Shown: one piece after another, positions 24,395-33,694 of the stretch
How the letters are laid out: each line of letters starts with the position of its first letter
Numbering within the stretch: the stretch's first letter is position 1
From: an uncultured Oscillospiraceae bacterium
Lineage (GTDB): Bacteria > Bacillota > Clostridia > Christensenellales > CAG-138
Assembly (NCBI GenBank): GCA_964411535.1
Contig: CAYPLG010000005.1
Coordinates: 1 to 38,968 of the forward strand
Direction of reading: 5' to 3'
DNA length: 38,968 nt
Notes under the pieces: model-generated
What the model saw: only the letters and a program-made list of their open reading frames with translations
What the model was told of the DNA's origin: nothing
The model's database searches: none
Program-made: the position numbers and the translations under genes

Positions 24395-25925
24395 CGAATC
24401 CCGCGCCTCCGTTTCCGCTGTCAAGGCTTCTATATTGAATTGCCTCCGCATAGTGCGCGGGCTGTATCACGTCGCTTCCGGCAACATCCGCAATCGTACG
24501 CGCGACCTTCAGTATCCGCTGATATGCGCGCGCGGAAAGCTGCATACGCGCATACGCGCGCTTCAAAAGCTGCTCCGACTTTGCGTCCGGCGTACAGTAC
24601 CGTTTGATCAGCGCCGAGTTCATCTGCGCATTACAAAGGATGCCGTCGTTCAAAAACCGCTTATGCTGCATTGCCCGCGCGCGATTGACACGTTCCCGGA
24701 CGGCGCTTGACGGCTCTCCGGGACTTTTTTCTGCAAGCTCCGCATAACCGACCTCCGGCATTTCCACCTGGATATCGATGCGATCGAGCAAAGGGCCGGA
24801 AATCCGGTTGCGATACCGTGCAACCTGCGTGCCCGTACACCGGCAGGGATGCAGGCGCGACCCGTAATTGCCGCAAGGGCACGGGTTCATCGCGGCAACC
24901 AGCACAAATTCCGCTGGGTACGTCGCGGATGCGGACGCCCGGCTGACGGTAATAAACCCGTCCTCCAGCGGTTGCCGCAGCGCCTCCAGCACATCGCGCT
25001 TAAACTCCGGCAGCTCGTCCAAAAACAAAACGCCGTCATGCGCAAGGCTGATCTCGCCCGGCAGCGCGCGGGAACCTCCCCCGACAAGCGCCGCGGACGA
25101 TGCGCCGTGATGCGGCGCGCGAAAGGGCCGTTCGCATACCATTCCACTGCCCTTTGTCGCACCCGTAACGGAATGAATCTTCGTAATCTCCAACGATTCG
25201 CCGTATGTCAGCTCCGGCATAATGGACGGAATGCTGCGCGCAAGCATCGTTTTGCCCGAACCGGGCGTTCCGATCAGCAAAAGATTGTGCCCGCCCGCCA
25301 CGGCAATTTCTGCGGCGCGCTTTGCGCCCTGCTGCCCGCGTATTTCCGAAAAGTCCGAGGCGTAACGCACTTCCTCCGGACGCCATGTCACAGGCGCGCA
25401 AGGCGCTATCACCGCCGCGGCCGAAACGTGCGCCGCCAAAGCGCCAAGTGTTTCCACGGGCAGCACCGTAACGCCCGGTATGCAGGCGGCCTCCGCCGCG
25501 TTTCCCGCCGGAACCGCAAATACGCGCTCGCCCTTTGCATACGCGTCAATTACCATCGGCAGCACACCCGCAATCGGCCGCACGGAGCCGTCAAGCCCAA
25601 GCTCCCCGAACACAACGATATCCGGCTCCCGCATAACGCCCAGCTGTCCGGAGGCAAGCAGGATGGAAAGCGCAATCGGCAGATCGTAAACCGCGCCCTC
25701 CTTGCGCATGTTGGCGGGCGCAAGATTCACCGTAATGCGAGACGCCGGAAAAACATAGCCGCAATTCCTGATCGCCGCGCGCACGCGCTCGCGGGATTCC
25801 TTGACCGCCGCGTCCGGAAGCCCCACCGTTTCATAGGCAGGAAGGCCGTTGCTGATGTCCGTCTCTACCGCAACGGCATAGCCGCCAATTCCGGTGAGTC
25901 CGTGGCTTTTTACGCGGGAAAGCAT
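24387..25925 (-). CDS. YifB/ComM family Mg-chelatase-like AAA ATPase
   Basis: Lon-like N-domain, Walker A LIGTPGSGKTMLA, GVLFLDELPEF, and a cysteine cluster NPCPCGNYGSRLHPCRC. I chose the ATG at 25925 after GGAGG; the track start at 25940 is a TTG. Confidence 0.92.
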   Translation of the reverse strand: MLSRVKSHGLTGIGGYAVAVETDISNGLPAYETVGLPDAAVKESRERVRAAIRNCGYVFPASRITVNLAPANMRKEGAVYDLPIALSILLASGQLGVMREPDIVVFGELGLDGSVRPIAGVLPMVIDAYAKGERVFAVPAGNAAEAACIPGVTVLPVETLGALAAHVSAAAVIAPCAPVTWRPEEVRYASDFSEIRGQQGAKRAAEIAVAGGHNLLLIGTPGSGKTMLARSIPSIMPELTYGESLEITKIHSVTGATKGSGMVCERPFRAPHHGASSAALVGGGSRALPGEISLAHDGVLFLDELPEFKRDVLEALRQPLEDGFITVSRASASATYPAEFVLVAAMNPCPCGNYGSRLHPCRCTGTQVARYRNRISGPLLDRIDIQVEMPEVGYAELAEKSPGEPSSAVRERVNRARAMQHKRFLNDGILCNAQMNSALIKRYCTPDAKSEQLLKRAYARMQLSARAYQRILKVARTIADVAGSDVIQPAHYAEAIQYRSLDSGNGGAGFDA

Positions 25926-25958
25926 TCCGTTTCCTCCCAATTTTCCCCTAAAGTATCG

Positions 25959-27191
25959 TTAGTAGCTCTTCTTACCTCCGGTCACGACCATCGGAATCGT
26001 AACCCCTTCGCTTCGCTTCTGCATTTCGATGAGCGCCTGTGGGTCACGCTCTGCAAGCTTTTCGCTGCATACGTCGAGCTCATCGACATACTCGTGTGTG
26101 TTTACCCCTGTGCTTGTAATAATACCCTCCAACTCACCGAGGCGTGTCTTTGCATAAAAATGCCCCGCCTCGCCGGCAGCTTCGTAAAACATTCTTGCAA
26201 TGTAGTAATTTTTTTCTGCAAACTGGAGGTCGTCTAAAGGATCCGTATAAAAATAGCCGATATGAATAAGCCCGAACGGGCAATTCTGCCTTGCAGACAG
26301 CCGATCCCATGCAAAAGCATTTGCCAAATCCTGTTCAACGCCACGGCCCCTTCTGTAGCAATAGCCAAGATACCCCTGCGCGCAGCAATGTCCCTGCTCT
26401 GCCGCAAGTTGCATCCAATATATACCGGCCGTATACATAGCATCGTACTCCACGGAAAACTGCGGATAACGATCTTTCCGAACGCCCTCCATATAGCACT
26501 GACCCAGCAGGTATTGTGCGCTTGCGTCGCCCTCGTTTGCAAGAATGCCTAAATAGGCGATTGCGGAAGAATACTCCTTGTCCCGAAAGTAAATTACGCT
26601 TCTTTCATACTCCTGCGTCATAGCGTCTTCGCCAAGAAGGCCCTTGCCGGCCGCCGGATCGCTTGTATTCTTGCTTTGCCTGTTTCGCACGCGGTTCCAG
26701 TACGCTGCGACGATATCCTCCTGCGGCATGCCGCCGTCACCCTGACTATAGGTGACATACATGCGGAACTGGGCGCTGTAGCTGCCCTCATTGGCCGCCA
26801 TGCCGACATAGGCGAGCCCATTGAAATACTGTCCCTTGTTGAGATAGGACATCCCCTTTTCAAAAAGGGAATCCGCAGAAGCAGGTGCAACCAGCGTGGG
26901 TCGCTGCACCGGCGGCCAAACCGGCGGCACAGTCGGCGCAGCCGTTCTTTCGGCCGCATCCGGCAAAGTATCCGGAGAATTGGCAACGGTCGATGCGCCG
27001 TTTTCCGGGTTCTCTGTTCCAGGCGGCAGACGAAGTTTACCGATTGTCACAATACAAAGCACAACAGCTATTACAGCGGCCCCGATAACCAACCATCCCC
27101 ACAGCGGCATTTGCGCGCCGACACGCTTCCCGCATTTTTTGCAATAACGGCTATCCTCCGTGAGTTCCTCTCTACATCTGGTGCAGTACAT
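25959..27191 (-). CDS. Membrane-anchored zinc-ribbon / Sel1-like repeat protein
   Basis: N-terminal MYCTRCREELTEDSRYCKKCG (zinc ribbon), one TM helix (WGWLVIGAAVIAVVLCIV), and a Pro-rich spacer. Several Sel1-type repeats follow (GSYSAQFRMYVTY, GDASAQYLLGQCYMEG, GHCCAQGYLGYCYRRGRGVEQD, GHFYAKTRLG). Confidence 0.75.
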   Translation of the reverse strand: MYCTRCREELTEDSRYCKKCGKRVGAQMPLWGWLVIGAAVIAVVLCIVTIGKLRLPPGTENPENGASTVANSPDTLPDAAERTAAPTVPPVWPPVQRPTLVAPASADSLFEKGMSYLNKGQYFNGLAYVGMAANEGSYSAQFRMYVTYSQGDGGMPQEDIVAAYWNRVRNRQSKNTSDPAAGKGLLGEDAMTQEYERSVIYFRDKEYSSAIAYLGILANEGDASAQYLLGQCYMEGVRKDRYPQFSVEYDAMYTAGIYWMQLAAEQGHCCAQGYLGYCYRRGRGVEQDLANAFAWDRLSARQNCPFGLIHIGYFYTDPLDDLQFAEKNYYIARMFYEAAGEAGHFYAKTRLGELEGIITSTGVNTHEYVDELDVCSEKLAERDPQALIEMQKRSEGVTIPMVVTGGKKSY

Positions 27192-27262
27192 GCGTATTCC
27201 CCCCTATGCAATTTCAAAATATCGTTCCAACCGGTACAAAATGTAAAAATATGTGATACATA

Positions 27263-27300
27263 ATTATGCCACGCGTTTTCATCCGTTGTCAACGCGTGGC
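27263..27300 (-). promoter_or_regulatory. Promoter candidate for the Sel1 gene embedded in a 10-bp-arm perfect inverted repeat
   Basis: Minus strand: TTGACA (27292..27287), 18-nt spacer, TGG-CATAAT (-10 at 27268..27263). The inverted repeat is GCCACGCGTT (27268..27277) / AACGCGTGGC (27291..27300) with a 13-nt loop. Confidence 0.45.
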
Positions 27301-27355
27301 AGTTTTTCAAACCTTTGTCAATAGAAAGACCGCATGCGAACGGGCAGGCTTCCGC

Positions 27356-30300
27356 TTAACCCGCCCCGTACATGAGCTTGCCGCCGGGAAGCTTATGCAG
27401 AATTGCCGCCCATTCGTTGGAAACCGGCAGGCCGGACAGGCCCGGATACAGCAGAATGCAGAACAGCAGCGCAGCCACAATCCATATCCATTTCACGCAG
27501 GCAAACGACCGGTTCCTCTCCTCCGCAAGCTGCAACAGATAGACCGTCGCGAGAATGATAAACGGCACGCACGCAAAAAAGTGATAGATGAACGTGCAGC
27601 GCGTAACCGCCACCCACGGCAGGTAGTTTGCTATAATCCCGACCGCAATAATGGCAAGCGCCGGGTCGCGCTTGATGCGTCCCGTTATCCGGCCGATCAG
27701 CAGTGCGACGGTACCCAGCGAACCAACCCACCATACCGCCGGGTTACCGGAGGCGGTCAGCGTAGAAACAAACTGTCCCGCACTGTAGTTATTGAAATAA
27801 TACCACATGGGCTTCACCGTCCAGGGCCACGTATACCAGAGCGACTGATAGGGATGCGTCGCGTTAAGGCCGCTGTGGTAGGAATACATGAAGTCCTGAT
27901 AGTGCCAGAAGGTTTTGCACATGCCGGTAAAGCCGTAACCGGGGTTCTGCCCCGCTTCATAAATATAATACGGCGTGTACGACGCAAAATAAATCGTCAC
28001 CGGCACAAGAATATAAAAGATGCAGCACGCAAGCAGCGTATGAATGACATTGTTCCAATACGGCGCAACCTGCTTTTTCTGCGCAGGCGTACCGGCATTG
28101 GAGAAATGCGCATACTCCCGGTACCGGGCAAGCAGCGAAATCAGCAGCAGCACGGCAAGCCCGCCGCCAGCATAAATACACGTCCATTTGCACGCCGCAC
28201 CGACGCCGAAAAACACACCGGCAAGGCACAATGGCTTTAGCGTTTCCTTCAGTCCGTCGGTAAAGAAGTTCATCCGCATATACTGAAACATGTAATAGTA
28301 CATCAGCAGAATGAAAAACACTGCATATACGTCGATTGTTGCAATGCGCGTCTGCGTAAAGTGCATAAAGTCGAATGCAAACAACGTCGTCGCAAGCAGG
28401 GCATAATTGCTGTCGTTTCGGAACATGCGCTTGCTAAACGCATACAGAATGGGCAGCATGCCGACGCCGAACAGCGCGCCGACAACGCGCCAGCCAAACG
28501 GACACATGCCGAATACCGCAATGCCGAGCATAATGAAAAGCTTTCCAAGCGGCGGATGCGAGTTTTCGTACGGCGCAAGGTTATGAAGGTGCTCATACGC
28601 CGTGCGTCCGTGGTACAGCTCGTCAAAGTACATGCCGTTATAATAACTCGGTATCTCCGGCACAGTGTCCTGCTCGTCAATCAGCGCAAGCTGTTCCGCC
28701 GTACCGCCGCGCAGCGTCACCGGCAAAAGGTTCCCGTCCGTATCAAAGAAAGCAACTTCGTTAACCTTGATACGGCCGGTGGAAAGCGTCAGCGCAAGCG
28801 TATCGGAGACGATGTCAACCTCCGTACGCTTCCAGCGGAACATGTCGTCATATGTTTGCTGAAACGTCGCTTCCCCGCCCTGTCCAAAGAGCAGCAGCTC
28901 ACCGTCGTTATTGATATTGCCGAACACCTCATACGCGCCGATATGCCGCAGGCCGCCGAAATCGACCACAACCGTCTCTCCCGGTTCCTGGAACGTATAG
29001 AATGTCTGCGGCGAATGCAGCGTGCCCAGGTTACTCAGCGCAACAACGCCGTATACCAGCGTAAGGGACAGGATGTACACAAAGTCGCGCCTGGTATACT
29101 GTAGCTTCGTATTGCCGCCCGCCTTCGGCAGCGTCAGCGGCTTGTTTCGCTCTTCAAAAGCTGCATGCAGCCAAGCCGGGCGCTTCGGCGCGGCGGCAGG
29201 CGAAAGCACGCTTCCCTGCAACACGATGCGCACGGCGCAGTAACACAAGAATGCATAGCCAAGCACGCTCAACATCGAACCGAACGCCGTAATCGCGCGG
29301 TAAACTGCGGTGCGCGCGTCCTGATGGTCGACGATATACATAGCCGCCATCACGTTCAGCAGCGCCGGAACGCTGACGGCGCCGAATGCAAGCAGCAACC
29401 GGCGGTCGCGATAGGCGATATACGCCATCAACAGCAGCAGCAGCGCGGGAATGAGGTAGCGTTCGTGCATGAAGTGTCCGAGCGTAAACACGCCGACGAT
29501 CATCAGCGCACCGGAAAGATACAGCACGCCGGGATTCCGCTTCACGCCCTTACAATACACATATATGGCAAACGCCGTCGCAAGCGCGATACCGGCCATC
29601 CCCCATATGCGATAGGTCAGACCCAGCAGCGGCGTGTCGACCGGCCGCCAGTTTCCGTTCAGCAGCGCGGCAAGGTTGAACGCCTCCACGGACGCATACG
29701 GATACCCGCTTGCCGTCGAAACATACTTGCTCACAAGCCACAAACCTGTCTGCGTCCCCTGAAACGGAATCGACAGTATAAACAGCACAAGGATCGCAGC
29801 AAGCACCGAAAGCGCGGTTTCCGCAGTCCGTTTTCTCCAATCCTTTCCGATGCAGCCCGTTATGTATGCCGCTGCCAGCACGGGGCCCAGCATCAGCGCC
29901 TGCGGTTTCAGCAGAATCGCAAGCCCGTAGATCGCCCCCGCAAGAATCCGTTTGCCGCCAATGAAACAGTAGCAGCACAGCACCAGCAGCAGCGTCAGCA
30001 ACGTATCGATCTGTCCCCAAGCGCCGGATACGAACAGCAGCACCGGGTTCCAGGCGAGAACTCCGGCAAGAATCAGCGCAAACGTATCGGATATACCGCT
30101 GCGCTTTGCAATCCGGTATACGAAAAAGGCGGAAACCAGGTCGGCAAATATCGCCGGCAGCTTGAAAAGAAACGCCATCGCGTCGTGGCCGTAGGGAATT
30201 TCAAGCAGCTTGCATATCCATGCAAGAAAAGCGCACACATACATGTATCCCGGCGGATAATCGGCAAACATACCGGAAGTGTAAAAATTGGACAGACCTC

Positions 30301-31198
30301 CGGTTAGCGCGGCGTTTCCCCACGCCATAAAGCAGCCCATATCCGTGGAATGCCCGTAAAACACCAATGACAAAAGCAGCCGAAGCAAAAACGCCAGCGC
30401 AAGCACGAGCGCAAGGATGCGGGCAGGCTCCGTTTTGGGTTTGCCGATATTGCCGCCCTCGCTGCGCAAAACGCGGATATATAGGAATGCAAACGCGCCC
30501 GCGCACGCAAGCGTAACCAGCGCCATCAGCAGGAAGAATTCACCTGGCGTTTTCGGTATGAGGGACGCCTCTTCCTCCTCGTCCAACGCGCTTACCGTGC
30601 CGTTCTCCGTCGGAAGATCCACAATGATGCTGTCGTCCGCCGGTGCGGCCGCCGTCAGGGAAACCGCGCTAAAACCTGCCTCCCCCAGCGCCATCGTGCC
30701 GTACCCGCCAAGGCGCAGCGCCACGCGCAGACTCGTCTGCTCCGCGCCCGTACGCACATACAGCGCTACCTCCTGCCAGCCTCCGGTGCCGTGCAGATTC
30801 TCCGAATAGCAATAGGTGCCGTCGATGTCGTAATTATCGATGGAAAGCGACGCGCCCGTGCCGCCCGAAACGCCTTCCGTGCACACCATTGCCGCAAGGC
30901 GATAGACCCTTTCCGGCTGCACCGCCACCGTTTGGCATAGGCGCGCGTCGTTCACCTCTTGGCTAACGAGCAGCACATAGCTGCCAAACGTATCGTCGTC
31001 CAAAACGAAAAATTCCGAAACGCCCGGCGTGTAAGCGTCAAATTCCCAATTCTTAGGCGATATTCCGTCGTCCGCCATCTGCGAAAAACCGCTGTTTGAC
31101 AGCAGTTCCCCACGCGCCGCCGTTTCCTCCTCCGCCAGCGCGCTGCATGGAACCAGCAGCATGATGATTGCGGCAATGCCTGCAAAAAGCTTGCGCAT
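27356..31198 (-). CDS. Giant envelope glycosyltransferase: signal peptide + CBM-like beta domain + GT-C module 1 (Gpi18/GT87-like) + beta domain + GT-C module 2 (GT39/PMT-like)
   Basis: The ORF is open from 31264 (TTG). I prefer the ATG at 31198 (MRKLFAGIAAIIMLLVPCSALA) after a GGAAAGGAAG SD. Module 1: HSTDMGCFMAWG...FADYPPGYMY. Module 2: YFDELYHGRTAYEHL...ENSHPPLGK, the PMT-family signature. More than 20 predicted TM helices. Confidence 0.8.
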   Translation of the reverse strand: MRKLFAGIAAIIMLLVPCSALAEEETAARGELLSNSGFSQMADDGISPKNWEFDAYTPGVSEFFVLDDDTFGSYVLLVSQEVNDARLCQTVAVQPERVYRLAAMVCTEGVSGGTGASLSIDNYDIDGTYCYSENLHGTGGWQEVALYVRTGAEQTSLRVALRLGGYGTMALGEAGFSAVSLTAAAPADDSIIVDLPTENGTVSALDEEEEASLIPKTPGEFFLLMALVTLACAGAFAFLYIRVLRSEGGNIGKPKTEPARILALVLALAFLLRLLLSLVFYGHSTDMGCFMAWGNAALTGGLSNFYTSGMFADYPPGYMYVCAFLAWICKLLEIPYGHDAMAFLFKLPAIFADLVSAFFVYRIAKRSGISDTFALILAGVLAWNPVLLFVSGAWGQIDTLLTLLLVLCCYCFIGGKRILAGAIYGLAILLKPQALMLGPVLAAAYITGCIGKDWRKRTAETALSVLAAILVLFILSIPFQGTQTGLWLVSKYVSTASGYPYASVEAFNLAALLNGNWRPVDTPLLGLTYRIWGMAGIALATAFAIYVYCKGVKRNPGVLYLSGALMIVGVFTLGHFMHERYLIPALLLLLMAYIAYRDRRLLLAFGAVSVPALLNVMAAMYIVDHQDARTAVYRAITAFGSMLSVLGYAFLCYCAVRIVLQGSVLSPAAAPKRPAWLHAAFEERNKPLTLPKAGGNTKLQYTRRDFVYILSLTLVYGVVALSNLGTLHSPQTFYTFQEPGETVVVDFGGLRHIGAYEVFGNINNDGELLLFGQGGEATFQQTYDDMFRWKRTEVDIVSDTLALTLSTGRIKVNEVAFFDTDGNLLPVTLRGGTAEQLALIDEQDTVPEIPSYYNGMYFDELYHGRTAYEHLHNLAPYENSHPPLGKLFIMLGIAVFGMCPFGWRVVGALFGVGMLPILYAFSKRMFRNDSNYALLATTLFAFDFMHFTQTRIATIDVYAVFFILLMYYYMFQYMRMNFFTDGLKETLKPLCLAGVFFGVGAACKWTCIYAGGGLAVLLLISLLARYREYAHFSNAGTPAQKKQVAPYWNNVIHTLLACCIFYILVPVTIYFASYTPYYIYEAGQNPGYGFTGMCKTFWHYQDFMYSYHSGLNATHPYQSLWYTWPWTVKPMWYYFNNYSAGQFVSTLTASGNPAVWWVGSLGTVALLIGRITGRIKRDPALAIIAVGIIANYLPWVAVTRCTFIYHFFACVPFIILATVYLLQLAEERNRSFACVKWIWIVAALLFCILLYPGLSGLPVSNEWAAILHKLPGGKLMYGAG

Positions 31199-31267
31199 AA
31201 GCTTGCGCTTCCTTTCCTTCCCCGTCATCACGGCGGCACCGGCCGCCCGGATTATTTTTAGCAAGGC

Positions 31268-31624
31268 TCAGCCGGCCTCGCCGAATGCATTCTCAATATG
31301 GCGCACCTCCCCGGCGGGCAGGTACACCTCCATTACATCGATTCGCGCGCGCGCTTCCAGCAGCCCATGCCGCTGCAAATACGTCTGTGCTGCCAGCACC
31401 GTGCGGCGTCTTTTCTGCGCGGTAACAAACTCCGCGGGCAGGCCATGCGACGTATTCGTGCGCGCCTTGACCTCCACAAACACGATCGTTTCCCCCTGCT
31501 GCATTACAAGATCCAGCTCATAATGCCCGGCGCGATAGTTGCGATCAAGCAACCTGTACCCCTTTTGCTGCAAGTATTGCATAGCGATCTGCTCGCCCGT
31601 ATCGCCGATCATCTTCGTCGTCAT
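31268..31624 (-). CDS. YraN family (UPF0102) endonuclease-like protein
   Basis: GDTGEQIAMQYLQQKGYRLLDRNYRAGHYELDLV...VFVEVKAR. The ATG at 31624 forms an ATGA overlap with the rnhB stop. Confidence 0.85.
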   Translation of the reverse strand: MTTKMIGDTGEQIAMQYLQQKGYRLLDRNYRAGHYELDLVMQQGETIVFVEVKARTNTSHGLPAEFVTAQKRRRTVLAAQTYLQRHGLLEARARIDVMEVYLPAGEVRHIENAFGEAG

Positions 31625-32247
31625 AGGAACTTCCCGATAAAGCTCATTCGATGCAACGGGCACGGCCCATATTCGCGAATCGCCGCAATATGCGCCGCCG
31701 TTCCGTAGCCCTTGTTTTGCTTAAACCCATACTGCGGATAGACTGCATCCTGCTCAATCATATACCGGTCCCGCTCCACCTTGGCAATAATCGACGCGCA
31801 CGCAATCGAATACGACAGTGCATCGCCATGAATCATCGGATGCTGCCGCGCGGAAATATCCAGTCCTGTCAATGCGTCGATCAGCACGTCCGTTACCGGC
31901 AGGCCAATCCCGGCAAACGCGTCACGAAAAGCGCGCTTTGTCGCCGCCAGAATATTGATCTCGTCAATCACGCTCTGCGATATCCACGCCACACTGTAGG
32001 CGCGCGCCGCTTCGATCAGCTGCGCATAGACGGCCTCCCGGCGTTTTTCGCTCACCTTTTTGGAATCGTTTACGTACGCAATTAAGGGCTCCGGCGGCAT
32101 CACGGCGCACGCGACCACAACCGGCCCTGCCAGCGGGCCGCGTCCGACCTCGTCCATACCCGCAAGCACGCAATCCGGCTGGCTCCAGAACGCGCGATCA
32201 GGCTCGGATAGCCGCAGCAACCGCTCCGCTTCCGGCATCCGCGTCAT
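31621..32247 (-). CDS. rnhB: Ribonuclease HII
   Basis: LAGMDEVGRGPLAGPVVVACAV, DSKK, and HYEHRKS-type C-terminus (GPCPLHRMSF). The ATG at 32247 forms an ATGA overlap with the ylqF stop. The longer track ORF is an out-of-context extension. Confidence 0.93.
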   Translation of the reverse strand: MTRMPEAERLLRLSEPDRAFWSQPDCVLAGMDEVGRGPLAGPVVVACAVMPPEPLIAYVNDSKKVSEKRREAVYAQLIEAARAYSVAWISQSVIDEINILAATKRAFRDAFAGIGLPVTDVLIDALTGLDISARQHPMIHGDALSYSIACASIIAKVERDRYMIEQDAVYPQYGFKQNKGYGTAAHIAAIREYGPCPLHRMSFIGKFL

Positions 32248-33161
32248 GCGTCCGCCCCCTGCGGCGCCGCATACGTCTTTCGCTCCTGCGCGGGTGCATC
32301 CGGCTGTTCGAGCGTAACGCGCGCAATCCTGCCCGCACGGTATTCGTCCAGAACGATACGCGCCGCGCGCTCCGTATCGAGCTCGCCGCCCCGGATAATG
32401 CAGCCGCGGCTGCGCGCTACGGCGGAAAGCAGCGCGTCCTTCGGCGTATCCGGCAGAACCTTGGCATACCGCGCCGTAAGTGCGTCCGGGCAAAGCTGTT
32501 GCAGCTCCGTCATAAGCTCCGTTGCAAGGCGCGCCACGTCCATAATCTCGTCGTTAATGGAACCCAGGTATGCCAAATGCCGTGCAAGCCGCTCGTCCGC
32601 AAGCTTTGGCCATAGCAGGCCCGGCGTATCCATCAGCTCCAGGTACGGTGTGATGCGCACCCACTGTTTGCCCTTCGTAACCCCCGGCTTGTCGCCGACC
32701 TGCGTGCGGTTAATGCCCGCAAGGCGGTTGATCAGCGTGGATTTTCCGACGTTCGGAATGCCGACAACCATGCAGCGGACAACCTTATGCACGCCCTTTG
32801 CCTGCATGGCGGCAACCTTGTCCTTCGCCGCGCGTTCGATCAGCGCGGCTACGGTCTTCGCGGCGGACTTTCCCGTCGCGTTCATCTCCGCAGCAACCGC
32901 GCCCCTTTCGGCATAGTAGCGCAGCCAACGCCTCGTAATTGCCGCGTCGGCCAGATCGGCCTTGTTGAGCAGCACTACGCGCGCCTTACCGGAAAACAAG
33001 TCGTCAAAGTCCGGGTTCCGCGTTGCCAGCGGCGCACGCGCGTCGACCAGCTCCACAACCACATCGATCAGTTTCAGATGCTCAATCAACATCCGGCGCG
33101 CTTTGGCCATATGCCCCGGATACCAGTTGATCTGCATCGAGCTTTCATTTGTTTCGTTCAA
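32244..33161 (-). CDS. rbgA: Ribosome biogenesis GTPase A (YlqF/RbgA)
   Basis: QINWYPGHMAKA, and the circularly permuted order NKADL ... GIPNVGKST ... DTPG. The TTG at 33161 lies 9 nt after AAGGAGG. The ATG at 33137 (MQINWYPGHM) is the alternative, homology-like start. Confidence 0.9.
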   Translation of the reverse strand: MNETNESSMQINWYPGHMAKARRMLIEHLKLIDVVVELVDARAPLATRNPDFDDLFSGKARVVLLNKADLADAAITRRWLRYYAERGAVAAEMNATGKSAAKTVAALIERAAKDKVAAMQAKGVHKVVRCMVVGIPNVGKSTLINRLAGINRTQVGDKPGVTKGKQWVRITPYLELMDTPGLLWPKLADERLARHLAYLGSINDEIMDVARLATELMTELQQLCPDALTARYAKVLPDTPKDALLSAVARSRGCIIRGGELDTERAARIVLDEYRAGRIARVTLEQPDAPAQERKTYAAPQGADA

Positions 33162-33199
33162 TGGCAGAATCCTCCTTACGCAGTATACCACACCGCCGG

Positions 33200-33238
33200 A
33201 GAAAAGAAAAACCCCCGCGCTGTGTCGATGCACGGGGG
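33200..33238 (-). terminator. Rho-independent terminator after rplS
   Basis: Minus strand: CCCCCGTGC-atcgacaca-GCGCGGGGG (9 bp, one G-U) followed by TTTTTCTTTTCT. A TGG-TATACT extended -10 (33190..33182) follows, ahead of ylqF. Confidence 0.8.
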
Positions 33239-33259
33239 AAATTGTGAAGCTTTTGTCGC

Positions 33260-33616
33260 TTACTTCTTCTCGTCGATACGTTCGCGAATCTTCGCGGACT
33301 TACCGGAGCGCTCGCGCAGATAGAACAGCTTCGCGCGGCGAACGACGCCGTGGCGAACGACCTCGATGCGGCCGATACGCGGGCTGTTGTACGGGAAGGT
33401 ACGCTCTACGCCTACGCCATAGGAAATACGGCGAACGGTAAAGGACTTCCTTACGCCGCCGCCCTGAATCTTGATCACGATGCCTTCGAAGTTCTGCAAT
33501 CTCTCGCGATTGCCCTCGATGACCTTCACGAACACGCGAACCGTGTCGCCAACCTCCAGCGCGGGCAGATCCGACCGGAGTTGTTCCTTTTCCAATTCTC
33601 TGATGATGTCCGACAT
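33260..33616 (-). CDS. rplS: 50S ribosomal protein L19
   Basis: 118 aa from the ATG at 33616 ([28 protein letters not shown]...). AAGGAG SD. The longer track ORF covers the leader. Confidence 0.97.
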   Translation of the reverse strand: MSDIIRELEKEQLRSDLPALEVGDTVRVFVKVIEGNRERLQNFEGIVIKIQGGGVRKSFTVRRISYGVGVERTFPYNSPRIGRIEVVRHGVVRRAKLFYLRERSGKSAKIRERIDEKK

Positions 33617-33694
33617 TTCGAATATTCTCCTTTCGTTTTTGCGGGCGTTCATATCCGATATCGAACAGAGGACCGTCCCAATGTCACAAGCGCG

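Noticed and set aside
24849-26237. 462-aa plus-strand ORF spanning the comM-like and Sel1 genes
   Set aside because: It is an Arg-rich shadow frame that crosses a gene boundary, with no SD. The opposite-strand genes have clear Walker and Sel1 motifs.
27266-30307. Plus-strand ORFs of 324, 247 and 380 aa inside the giant glycosyltransferase gene
   Set aside because: They are Arg/Gln-rich antisense frames. The minus-strand ORF is continuous for 1,302 codons, with TM periodicity and family motifs.
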